Shown here: positions 19,651 to 28,278 of the stretch, one piece after another | Layout of the letters: each line of letters begins with the position of its first letter | Numbering within the stretch: position 1 is the first letter of the stretch | DNA from: Bythopirellula sp. | GTDB taxonomy: Bacteria > Planctomycetota > Planctomycetia > Pirellulales > Lacipirellulaceae | Direction: 5' to 3' | DNA length: 64,000 bases | Assembly (NCBI GenBank): GCA_965216565.1 | Contig: OZ244170.1 | Location: 4,928,001-4,992,000, forward strand | The notes under the pieces: model-generated | Seen by the model: the letters and a program-made list of their open reading frames with translations, nothing else | The model's database searches: none | Told to the model about the DNA's origin: nothing | Program-made: the position numbers and the translations under genes

Positions 19651-20484
19651 CTAATAAAACTTCATGGGCCATTGAATGCGTTGCTCGCGGAGCAAAACGA
19701 ATAAACCTGCCGCGACAAAGTCCGCCGAGGTGCCAGGATTTCGCCGATGGCCATCACTTCGGAGATAAAAATCGAACTCGGCTAGCTCCTCCTGGTAGTT
19801 GCCACTAGAGAGCACCTGTGCCGCTCGCAGAGACACTTCTTTGGCGAAGGTTTCACCGCACTTTCGTTGAATCAAGCTGTCGGCGTGCTCGGCAAGTAGT
19901 TCCAGATAACCTCGCACGATGGAATCCGATAGCGAAACGTTCGAGTCGTAAGCTGCTGCAATTTTATCGGCTGTTTGAAAGACTTGCTCAAAGCCGTTGA
20001 TATATTGCCTGGCGATTAGGTCTCGCTCAGCAGCCAGTCCCATTGCTTCGTCTAAATTGATTTCCGGTGGTGGTTCGTTGACGTCTGCCTCTTCAACTTT
20101 TCCTAAGCCACCTGCCTGTGCCGTGCGAATTGCCGAGTACACCTCCCGCGTATCAATGGAATCGAGCCCCTTGAGCACTAGTTTGATGCCGTCCCGCAGT
20201 GAAACATCACGATCGGCCGCAGCCAGTGGGGTGATTAATAACAGAATTCCTAAATTGGTGTTGGTGCCGACCGCCTGTTGGGTTGCTTCAACCGCATCGC
20301 GAACTGTTTGCCCCACGCCGGAGAGACTGGCACGTTCGACGATCGGCCCCACCACTGCCGCGCTGGTGGCAAAGTCGGCAAACGTCAGATCTTCGAAATC
20401 GGCACCGCGGTGCACATTGCCTGGTTTGGGAGCAAGTGCTTCCCAGAGGCAGGCCAAAGTGGCACAGTTGCCAATGCTGATCAT
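19651..20484 (-). CDS. CitG-family triphosphoribosyl-dephospho-CoA synthase-like protein (H4MPT pathway orf7-like)
   Basis: EALAPKPGNVH, TNTNLGILLL, DSLIQRKCG, RNPGTSAD. Confidence 0.85.
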   Translation of the reverse strand: MISIGNCATLACLWEALAPKPGNVHRGADFEDLTFADFATSAAVVGPIVERASLSGVGQTVRDAVEATQQAVGTNTNLGILLLITPLAAADRDVSLRDGIKLVLKGLDSIDTREVYSAIRTAQAGGLGKVEEADVNEPPPEINLDEAMGLAAERDLIARQYINGFEQVFQTADKIAAAYDSNVSLSDSIVRGYLELLAEHADSLIQRKCGETFAKEVSLRAAQVLSSGNYQEELAEFDFYLRSDGHRRNPGTSADFVAAGLFVLLREQRIQWPMKFY

Positions 20485-21407
20485 GTTGCGATACCTGCCG
20501 TTGGCGAGGGCGACTGGGAGAGAAACTCCCGGACACTCGACACGACCTCGTCCGTAGCGTCTTCAAGCACCCAATGCCCTGCGTCCGCAATACGATGGAC
20601 CTGTGCCTGGGGCCAGTATTTGCAAAACTTCTCTAGACACTCAGGCGTGAAGCACCAGTCTTTCATTCCCCAAATCAACCGTTTCGGGATATCGGTCAGC
20701 GTATCTAGCTTGCCCTCGATCTCCGACAAAGTATTCCAGGTAGGGTGCGTTGCGGAGAGTGGAATATCGCGCACAAACTGATGAACCGCCGCCCTCCGCT
20801 GCCAATTGTGGTAGGGTGCGAGATATGCAGCCTCAACACGAGGATCCAATTGTTGTTGTCGCGAGAGTGTCATGCGAAGCGCTGCACGCGAAAAAGCATT
20901 CGCCCCCTGCAACGCCAGTTTTCCAAAGATTGGCCACCGACTGACTCGAATCCGCCACGGGATAAACCAAGGTTTGAATGCACCCGTATTGAGCAGCACA
21001 ATCCGCTCGAATCGCTGCCGCTCTTCGAGCAGGGCCCCCAAGCCGATGGCTCCGCCCCAATCTTGGGCAACCAGGGTCACACGTTGTAAATCTAAAGCCT
21101 GAATTAGGCAGCGCAGGTTCTCGATATGGTCGGCCAAACGCAGCGGACGCGGCTGGAGATCGCTGTAGCCGCAGCCCAAATGGTCTGGAGCAATACAGCG
21201 GTATCGATCTCGACAATGCTCGATCAATTCCCGCCAGTGGAAAGACCAGGTGGGATTGCCGTGCACAAACAACAGCGTCTGCTGGCTGGAGTTTGGATTT
21301 TCGTCGACATAGTGGTAGCTGCAGCCGTCCACCTCCAGGCGGGCGGTTTCAAACGGATAGAGTCCATGCCAGAGCTCTTCATTCGGTAGCGTATCCAATG
21401 GTGGCAA
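20481..21407 (-). CDS. oleB: haloalkane-dehalogenase-like alpha/beta hydrolase, probable beta-lactone decarboxylase
   Basis: LYPF..., HGNPTWSF, APDHLGCGYS, QDWGGAIG, IWGMKDWCF, AGHWVLED. Start uncertain (TTG at 21407 or 21398). ATGA overlap with the CitG-like gene. Confidence 0.75.
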   Translation of the reverse strand: MPPLDTLPNEELWHGLYPFETARLEVDGCSYHYVDENPNSSQQTLLFVHGNPTWSFHWRELIEHCRDRYRCIAPDHLGCGYSDLQPRPLRLADHIENLRCLIQALDLQRVTLVAQDWGGAIGLGALLEERQRFERIVLLNTGAFKPWFIPWRIRVSRWPIFGKLALQGANAFSRAALRMTLSRQQQLDPRVEAAYLAPYHNWQRRAAVHQFVRDIPLSATHPTWNTLSEIEGKLDTLTDIPKRLIWGMKDWCFTPECLEKFCKYWPQAQVHRIADAGHWVLEDATDEVVSSVREFLSQSPSPTAGIAT

Positions 21408-21594
21408 GAACCCTTCTGCTTGTCTGGAGGTCGAGTGAGACTCACAGTCTACCAAAGCGACATTTCCCGGGCAGCGGGGTAGAGGAGTTACCGACCTGTT
21501 TTCCACGTGCACCTTTGACGATTCGTGTCTCACAGCGTACAAATAGGTGGTAGCGGCTTGCTATAAGAATCGAGGAAAAACAACTTCTCATTCG

Positions 21595-21632
21595 TCCCTC
21601 GCCCCTTTGGGGAGAGGGTAGGGTGAGGGGGG
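21595..21632 (-). repeat. BoxC-like REP element
   Basis: Minus strand reads cccccctcaccctaccctctccccaaaggggcgaggga. Confidence 0.6.
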
Positions 21633-21678
21633 AGAACGACTAAGGAAGTTGTTTTTCCTCGATTCCGTAGTTCGGCTG

Positions 21679-21778
21679 CTGGCGAGGGGCCCTTGCAATG
21701 GGGGCCTTGCGAACCTGGTCAGGGTGGAAACACTGCAGCCATAAGCTTGTGCTTCTTTGTGTGGGGGCCTCTCGCCAG
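21679..21778 (+). ncRNA. ffs: signal recognition particle (4.5S) RNA
   Basis: Long terminal stem ctggcgagggg/cctctcgccag; domain IV core GGTCAGG-GTG-GAAA-CAC-TGCAGCC; located upstream of dnaX as in many bacteria. Confidence 0.88.
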
Positions 21779-21789
21779 ACGTCGGATTC

Positions 21790-21824
21790 TTTGCAAATTG
21801 TGGATTGGCCATTGCAAATTGCAA
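21790..21824. repeat. degenerate heptamer tandem repeat (WTTGCAA-like)
   Basis: tttgcaa attgtgg attggcc attgcaa attgcaa. Confidence 0.55.
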
Positions 21825-21867
21825 ATCCCCAGTAGCCCTAGCGCATTTGCTATTCTCAGAATCTGCA

Positions 21868-23664
21868 ATGACCGAAACTTCCTCTGCTACCGCCGATAAT
21901 CCCACAACCGACTACGTCGTGGTCGCACGCCGCTATCGGCCGCAGACCTTTGAAGAACTGATCGGCCAAGGACACGTAGCCCAGGCTCTGTCCAATGCAA
22001 TCGCTAGCAGCCGCGTTGGCCATGCCTACCTGTTTACCGGGGCTCGCGGGGTGGGGAAAACCTCCGCAGCGCGGATCCTGGCCAAGGCACTCAACTGCGC
22101 CGAGGGCACCTCTTCAGTCCCTTGCAACGAATGCGAAATCTGCCAAAGCGTCAGCACGGGCGATGACATCGACGTATTGGAAATCGACGGTGCCAGCAAC
22201 CGGGGCATCGACGAGATCCGCCAGCTACGGCAGAACGTCGCCGTACGGCCCAGCCGTGCTCGATTCAAGATCTACATCATCGACGAAGTACACATGCTCA
22301 CGAAGGAAGCGTTCAACGCTCTGTTGAAAACGCTGGAAGAGCCTCCCGAGCATGTCAAATTCATCTTTGCTACGACCGAGCCCAACAAGATCCCCGTCAC
22401 GATTCTTTCGCGGTGCCAGCGTTATGACTTTGCTGGAATCGAGGCTGCCGCCATTCAGGACCGGCTATCGCAAATTGCCGAAGCCGAGGGCGTTTCCATC
22501 GAGACCGACGCTTTGCAGATTTTGGCGATGCGTGCTGCCGGATCGATGCGTGATAGTCAGTCGCTATTAGAGCAATTGCTCTCGACCGGCAATAAAGAGA
22601 TCAGCTCTGCGGATGTCACAACACTGCTTGGCATTGCCCCTGCCGCACGACTGAGCCAATTGATGCTGCCCTTGATTGGCCGCAATGCGGCTGAGGCCCT
22701 ATCACAGCTTGATGCGACGATCACCGAGGGCGCGGAAGTTAGCCAGTTAATCGACCAAATTCTCGGTTATCTACGCGACGTAATGACACAGTGCGTCGGC
22801 TGCGTCCAATCGCAGATGCTGTATGCATTACCTAGCCAATTGGATGAAATCAAAGAGGCTGCTGATAATCTGGGCATACATACGCTGCTGGCGATGATCC
22901 AAATTCTCGACCAAACCGCAGCACGTATGCGTGTGAGTACGCACACCCGCACCCTGGCCGAAATGGCTTTAGTAAGAATCTGCCAACTCGAAAACCTCGA
23001 CGATCTGGCAAATATCCTCGAACAACTCCAGGGCTCCCCTCAGCAGTCGGTAGCCCGAGCGCCGGCAAAAAAAAACGTCGTACCTAGGCCAAGCTCCCCA
23101 GCTGTAAGTGCCGCGGATCGTGCCGCTCCCGCCAGGCCATCGCCAGTCTCGCAAGCGGCGACCGCCACAGCCGTCGAGATAACGACTCCCTCGGTTGCAG
23201 AATCAGCCTCATCACCCGACACGGTGCAAGAGCCAGCCACGGAGTCACTGCCCATCGCCACACCATTGACGGCAGAGAATGTCGAAGAAATTTGGAAGCA
23301 AGCGCTGGACTCGCTCAGCGGCATGGTTGCCGACCATGCGGCGGCGGCCGATGAAGTATCCGTCGACGATCAAGGGCGACTCGTCGCTAGTTTCTCGGAA
23401 GTCTTTCATCGCGATTTTTGTGAAAAAGCTAATAACCGCAGTCGACTCGAGACTGCTCTGCAACAGGTGTGCGGCACGAAAGTCCCGTTGCAGTTTAATT
23501 CTCACGCACGAGTTGACGCCGGCAAAAAACAGATTGCTCCGCGCCGCTCTCGTAGGCAGCAGCAACTAGAAATTGCCAGCCAGCCATTCGTACAAAAGGC
23601 AATGGAACTGTTCGACGGCGATCCTGCCCGCCTTCGTTATGTCCCCCCCTCAGAAAACTCTTAA
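21868..23664 (+). CDS. dnaX: DNA polymerase III subunit tau/gamma
   Basis: ARRYRPQTF, GARGVGKTS, Zn cysteines, EIDGASNRG, IIDEVHML, SRCQ. ATG 21868 preferred because the longer ORF overlaps ffs. Confidence 0.96.
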   Translation: MTETSSATADNPTTDYVVVARRYRPQTFEELIGQGHVAQALSNAIASSRVGHAYLFTGARGVGKTSAARILAKALNCAEGTSSVPCNECEICQSVSTGDDIDVLEIDGASNRGIDEIRQLRQNVAVRPSRARFKIYIIDEVHMLTKEAFNALLKTLEEPPEHVKFIFATTEPNKIPVTILSRCQRYDFAGIEAAAIQDRLSQIAEAEGVSIETDALQILAMRAAGSMRDSQSLLEQLLSTGNKEISSADVTTLLGIAPAARLSQLMLPLIGRNAAEALSQLDATITEGAEVSQLIDQILGYLRDVMTQCVGCVQSQMLYALPSQLDEIKEAADNLGIHTLLAMIQILDQTAARMRVSTHTRTLAEMALVRICQLENLDDLANILEQLQGSPQQSVARAPAKKNVVPRPSSPAVSAADRAAPARPSPVSQAATATAVEITTPSVAESASSPDTVQEPATESLPIATPLTAENVEEIWKQALDSLSGMVADHAAAADEVSVDDQGRLVASFSEVFHRDFCEKANNRSRLETALQQVCGTKVPLQFNSHARVDAGKKQIAPRRSRRQQQLEIASQPFVQKAMELFDGDPARLRYVPPSENS

Positions 23665-23682
23665 GCCGGTCGCGGAGATCCC

Positions 23683-24045
23683 ATGTTCAAAGGCCTCGGA
23701 AATATCGCCAGTCTGATGAAGCAAGCTCAGGAAATGGGCGGCAAAATGCAGCAGCTTAACGAACAACTCAAAGCCGAGCGCGTTACCGGCAACGCAGGAG
23801 CGGGACTCGTAGAAATTGAATCCAATGGTTTGGGCGAAGTGTTATCCGTCCGCATTGACCCCTCGCTGATGGAAAAACAAGATCAGGAACTTATCGAAGA
23901 CCTCCTGCCGGCAGCCTTTAATGCTGCAAGAGAAAAAGCCACTCAACTACATGCCGAGAAAATGCAATCTTTGACCGGTGGTATCGACATGGCCGGTCTC
24001 GGCGATCTCTTGGGACAATCTGGCGATGCCCCCCCGACAGCTTGA
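23683..24045 (+). CDS. ybaB: YbaB/EbfC nucleoid-associated protein
   Basis: MKQAQEM, GNAGAGLV, LIEDLLPAAFN; follows dnaX. Confidence 0.92.
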   Translation: MFKGLGNIASLMKQAQEMGGKMQQLNEQLKAERVTGNAGAGLVEIESNGLGEVLSVRIDPSLMEKQDQELIEDLLPAAFNAAREKATQLHAEKMQSLTGGIDMAGLGDLLGQSGDAPPTA

Positions 24046-24203
24046 CCGATTACCTAAGTTAAGCTCCCCCTGCTATCAAAAAGTACGGTACAATTAACTG
24101 GGCACGCCACGCAAATTCGTGCTAGGGCGATGCTCGGATTTTCCCTGCATATTGCTGTTTGCGGCCTAGTGAAGACGTTGTGGTGCGCCGGGAGGCGGCA
24201 AGT

Positions 24204-24233
24204 TTGACCTTCGGCAGCCACTCGCATTATGCT
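24204..24233 (+). promoter_or_regulatory. putative sigma70 promoter of rpoN
   Basis: TTGACC-N18-TATGCT, 65 nt before the ATG. Confidence 0.5.
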
Positions 24234-24297
24234 ACAGATGCAACCAGCGACGCGTGCTTTTGTTTTCACCTCCTAAATAGCTAAAGATTCAATCTCG

Positions 24298-25815
24298 ATG
24301 CGACTTTCCTTTGGTCAACAAATGCAGATGGCTCAGAAGCAGGTGCTTGCACCGCGGATGATCCAGTCGATGGAAATCCTGCAGTTGCCCATCATGGCTT
24401 TGCAAGAGCGCATCGAACAGGAGATGGAAGACAACCCGGTGCTCGACCAGATCGAGCCAACCGAAGATACCAGCAGTCTCTCCGACACGGCCGTCAATCC
24501 TGACGCTCCTACCGAGAGAGAAAAAGAGCTGGTTGTTGAGGACAACAACAACAACGAGGAAGATTTCGAACGGCTCATGAACATGGCCGAGAATCTTCCC
24601 GACGATTACGAAGAGCGAAGTCGACCCTCACGGGGACAAATCGAAGCCGAAGGCGATCGTCGCCACGATGCGATGGCCAATATGGTAGCTCGTCCGGAAT
24701 CGTTGCTTGAATACTTAGAACACCAATTAAGTTGGTACGACTTGGAAGATGATCTTCGCCGCTACTGCCAGCGAATCATCTACAATCTCGATAGCAACGG
24801 CTATCTGAAATCGCCGCTGGAAGATTTGCTGGCCACACCACCGGCTGAGCTCAATGGTGACGCGCAAACGTGGCAGGCGGAACAACTCAAAATTGCCGAG
24901 CAGGCCCTCTCCGTGGTTCAGCGACTCGACCCGATTGGCGTCGGCGCTAGAAATCTCAAAGAGTGTTTGTTGCTACAGCTCACACCGGGATTGCTGTTCT
25001 TCGAAGAGCTGCAGGTTTTAATCGAAAACCACTTAGAGGATTTGGAGAACAACCGACTGCCACTCATCTCGAAGAAAACCGGATTTTCGATCGAGACGAT
25101 TCAAGAAGCCTGGGAAGACCTACGCACGCTAAAGCCCAAGCCCGGTGCGGAATTCAATGAAACCTTCGCTCCCTCGGTTACTCCCGATGTCTTCATCGAT
25201 CGACTCAGCGACGGTGGCTATGAAGTCCGACTGGAAGACACCCAGTTGCCTTCCCTGTACATTAGCCCCACTTATCGCAAACTGCTACAAGATGCAGGCA
25301 CCAATGCCGAGACGCGGGAATACATCAAACGCAAAGTCAATTCCGCACAGTGGATTATCGAAGCGATTGAACAACGCCGCAGTACATTAACGCGAGTGTC
25401 GCAGGCTATTGTCGACCATCAGCAAAAGTTTCTTGATGACGGCCCGGAGCACATCGAGCCGCTAAAGATGCAGCAAATTGCCGATAAGGTGGGCGTTCAT
25501 GTTACCACCGTGAGCCGCGCTGTCGACGACAAGTGGATGCAAACGCCACGGGGAATTTTCCCACTCAAGCGGTTCTTCGTCGGCGGCACCACAGGAGCGG
25601 ATGGTGCGGAGGTTGCCTGGGACAAAGTGCGACTCAAGCTACAGGAAATTGTCGACGAAGAAGACAAAACTAAGCCGCTTAGTGATGATGCCCTGGTCGA
25701 AGCTTTATCAAAGCACGGTATCAAAGTGGCCCGCCGCACGGTCACGAAGTATCGCAAGGCGATGAACATTCCCAGCAGTCGCCAGCGTCGCGACTGGACC
25801 GAGGCCGAAAAATAA
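24298..25815 (+). CDS. rpoN: RNA polymerase sigma-54 factor
   Basis: Q-rich region I, GVGARNLKECLLLQ, HVTTVSRA, KPLSDD, RpoN box ARRTVTKYR. Confidence 0.97.
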   Translation: MRLSFGQQMQMAQKQVLAPRMIQSMEILQLPIMALQERIEQEMEDNPVLDQIEPTEDTSSLSDTAVNPDAPTEREKELVVEDNNNNEEDFERLMNMAENLPDDYEERSRPSRGQIEAEGDRRHDAMANMVARPESLLEYLEHQLSWYDLEDDLRRYCQRIIYNLDSNGYLKSPLEDLLATPPAELNGDAQTWQAEQLKIAEQALSVVQRLDPIGVGARNLKECLLLQLTPGLLFFEELQVLIENHLEDLENNRLPLISKKTGFSIETIQEAWEDLRTLKPKPGAEFNETFAPSVTPDVFIDRLSDGGYEVRLEDTQLPSLYISPTYRKLLQDAGTNAETREYIKRKVNSAQWIIEAIEQRRSTLTRVSQAIVDHQQKFLDDGPEHIEPLKMQQIADKVGVHVTTVSRAVDDKWMQTPRGIFPLKRFFVGGTTGADGAEVAWDKVRLKLQEIVDEEDKTKPLSDDALVEALSKHGIKVARRTVTKYRKAMNIPSSRQRRDWTEAEK

Positions 25816-25937
25816 TCGGCTCCTTCTTGTTTGTGAATCCACGAACTTAGCAATACCTGAGGGTGCGCGTTGGTAACAGACGAGTTTTGCACTATGTCGT
25901 GAATGAGCCGATCAGTGTGCCGAACAATGTGCTCAAC

Positions 25938-26567
25938 TCAGACGCTTTCGATGTGCAGGCCACGTTTGCGCCGTTCTTGGCGACGTGTTTCATCAATCAA
26001 TGAAGCCACTGCCCTCACATTTTCTATGCCTGGCAACTCGATGCTGGGGTGCGTTTGGTCACTAGAATTGATCTTTACCGTGCCAACTCCTAGCAGACGT
26101 TCCACCGGTCCCTGGACGTAGCTGACGTCATCGATATCAATTGCTTCCACGCGATCGATTTCTCGCCACAGCAGTCCCTGTTCGTGAACGAACCGTTCGT
26201 TGGACAGATAATAGTGCCGACTCAACTGCAGATAGAGAAGGCGAATAATCAGAGCGACCCAGATCAATAAGATCAGTCCCACCGCAATAAACCATCCGAA
26301 GCCGGTGAAGCTAGCGATCACTCCGATGATAAACAAAACGAGTGATATCCCCGCCGCGGCGATCCAAGAACTCGTCATCGCGAGCTTGGAGAAGCTTCCC
26401 TGCCAAAGTTCTCTCTCCTGTTCATCTTCGCTCGCTTCTGAGGGCAGGGCAGCCTGGAACCGCTCCCTAGGTGTGGGCTCGCTAGCTTCTTCTTCGAGCC
26501 TAGAGCCACAGTGGTGGCAAAACATGGCCTCGTCAAGCATTTCTTTCTGGCAACTTGGGCAGTTCAT
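25938..26567 (-). CDS. zinc-ribbon + membrane-flanked bacterial PH domain protein
   Basis: CPSC...FCHHCG, two TM helices, then YYLSNERF...GLLWR...QGPVERLLGVGTV (bPH_2 pattern). Confidence 0.8.
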   Translation of the reverse strand: MNCPSCQKEMLDEAMFCHHCGSRLEEEASEPTPRERFQAALPSEASEDEQERELWQGSFSKLAMTSSWIAAAGISLVLFIIGVIASFTGFGWFIAVGLILLIWVALIIRLLYLQLSRHYYLSNERFVHEQGLLWREIDRVEAIDIDDVSYVQGPVERLLGVGTVKINSSDQTHPSIELPGIENVRAVASLIDETRRQERRKRGLHIESV

Positions 26568-26756
26568 GGAAGCGAAACTCCTGCTAAATCATCGGCGTCA
26601 ATCTCTGAAACCGTATTATAGGTTGCCAGATCGCCAATGCGAGCCTTTCGCGAGCGGATCCTAACTCTGGTGCGACTGTCTCTAAGTCGTTTTCGGCAAG
26701 CCTAGTGGCCATACCGAGTGCTTTACGACTGGTACGTCTTGTGTATAGTGGTGACC

Positions 26757-27227
26757 ATGAAATGCCCCTTTTGCAGAGCGGACAACGACCGGGTGATCGA
26801 CTCCCGAGCCTGCCAGGACGGATTCTCAATCCGCCGGCGACGAGAATGTCTAAAATGCAAACGCCGCTATACCACCTACGAACGAATCGAAGAATCGGCA
26901 ATCAAGGTGGTAAAGCGAGACGGCACCCGAGTGCCTTTCTCTCGAGACAAGATTAAGTATGGTTTGGAGCGCGCCTGCTGGAAGCGACCCATCGGCGACC
27001 GAGACGTGGAACGCACGGTCGCAGCCATTGAGAACGACGTTTACAGCTCGTTCGAAACTGAGATCGATAGCCGCCAGCTTGGCGAGCTAGTGATGGAACA
27101 TCTCCGTGAACTCGACGAAGTCGCCTTTGTCCGATTCGCGAGCGTGTACCGCCAATTCGCCGATGCAGGAGACTTCGTCGACGAACTGCGACCGTTCTTG
27201 TCCAAGTCAAAACAATCGCCGCGTTAA
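26757..27227 (+). CDS. nrdR: transcriptional repressor NrdR
   Basis: MKCPFC, VIDSR, IRRRREC..C..RYTTYE, ATP cone, AFVRFASVY. Confidence 0.97.
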   Translation: MKCPFCRADNDRVIDSRACQDGFSIRRRRECLKCKRRYTTYERIEESAIKVVKRDGTRVPFSRDKIKYGLERACWKRPIGDRDVERTVAAIENDVYSSFETEIDSRQLGELVMEHLRELDEVAFVRFASVYRQFADAGDFVDELRPFLSKSKQSPR

Positions 27228-27282
27228 GCCGTTTCCGGCAGAATTCCTTGATACGGCTTGAAGGCCTATCCTTTGCCGTAAC

Positions 27283-27311
27283 TGGACAGTCCCCCTACAA
27301 CGCTTTAGAAT
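27283..27311 (+). promoter_or_regulatory. putative sigma70 promoter of tRNA-Ala
   Basis: TGGACA-N17-TAGAAT, 10 nt before the tRNA. Confidence 0.55.
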
Positions 27312-27321
27312 TTTCTTGCTT

Positions 27322-27394
27322 GGGGCGGTAGCTCAGTTGGGAGAGCGCTGCGTTCGCAATGCAGAGGTCGGGAGTTCGAATCTCCTTCGCTCCA
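27322..27394 (+). tRNA. tRNA-Ala(CGC)
   Basis: Cloverleaf with acceptor GGGGCGG/TCGCTCC containing G3:U70, anticodon arm ctgcg-tt-CGC-aa-tgcag, GTTCGAA T-loop; CCA not encoded. Confidence 0.95.
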
Positions 27395-27493
27395 CTATCT
27401 ACTAAAGAGGGATCTCTTGAGAGGGGACAGGACAGCTTTTTAGGTAGCTGTCGTCGTTGTTCCCGGTGCCGCCGAACCATTGGCGGGCGGCAG

Positions 27494-28165
27494 CTAATTT
27501 GCGGTGACAGGCAATTGTTCTGCGGCCGCCAGAGCAATTTCATTGGCGGGTGGGTCGAGCTCGGCGCACTGCCCGCACCCTTTCCCGCAGGAGGGGCAAG
27601 AACATCTCTTACCTCGACAGCATTTGTTTCCTGTCCGGACGCATTTCACGTCCCACTCATAGCCGCACTTCTCGCACTTATACTCGTGTTTCTCAAGAAC
27701 ATTGATGCAACGCACCCGACCGCAAGGTGCCGCAGCGCATTGACTGCATTTCTGACAAGCACATCCACCGCCGCAACAGGCATCGTCTTTTGATTTGTGA
27801 TCGCAAAACAGGTTGAACTGAAATCGTGGGATGCAAACCAACTTGGATTTCACGAGCCAACAGTGATTCTTCACCTCTTCGGTCACGCACCTCGGACAGC
27901 ATACCGCTTTGCAGCAGCAACAGTTCTTCCCAGCAGAGCCTCCGCTGCGGCATTGGTCTCCACAGCAGTCCCCAGTACAACCGGCAGGAGTCACTTCAGT
28001 ATCATGCTCTACCCCAGGTAGGTCCGAAACCTCAGCCCCATCTGGCTCCAATGGCGGAGCATCGGAGCTAGAATCGGCAACTGCTGAAACAGCGGTCAGC
28101 ATACTCAGGCAACACAGGGCCACGATCCTGGTGATTGCAGACTCGATAGAACTTGTTTTTTGCAT
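27494..28165 (-). CDS. secreted cysteine-rich hypothetical protein
   Basis: Signal peptide; 34 Cys counted by hand; CC/CxxC clusters flank beta-hairpin-like segments. Confidence 0.75.
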   Translation of the reverse strand: MQKTSSIESAITRIVALCCLSMLTAVSAVADSSSDAPPLEPDGAEVSDLPGVEHDTEVTPAGCTGDCCGDQCRSGGSAGKNCCCCKAVCCPRCVTEEVKNHCWLVKSKLVCIPRFQFNLFCDHKSKDDACCGGGCACQKCSQCAAAPCGRVRCINVLEKHEYKCEKCGYEWDVKCVRTGNKCCRGKRCSCPSCGKGCGQCAELDPPANEIALAAAEQLPVTAN

Positions 28166-28278
28166 CAGAACGAATCCTTATGTATCGATGCTTGAAATGC
28201 TGGTGCTGGTCGTAAGTTCTTGTTTCTCAAAGTAAATCGGCGTATTCAACTATGCCGGGCCATCGCCTTAGCCCGCCA

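Noticed and set aside
21757..21867. N-terminal extension of dnaX in the ORF track
   Set aside because: Overlaps the SRP RNA and a heptamer repeat; homology begins after ATG 21868.
26733..26752. NrdR box upstream of nrdR
   Set aside because: Only a half-site (CACTATA on the minus strand) matches; the other half deviates at key positions.
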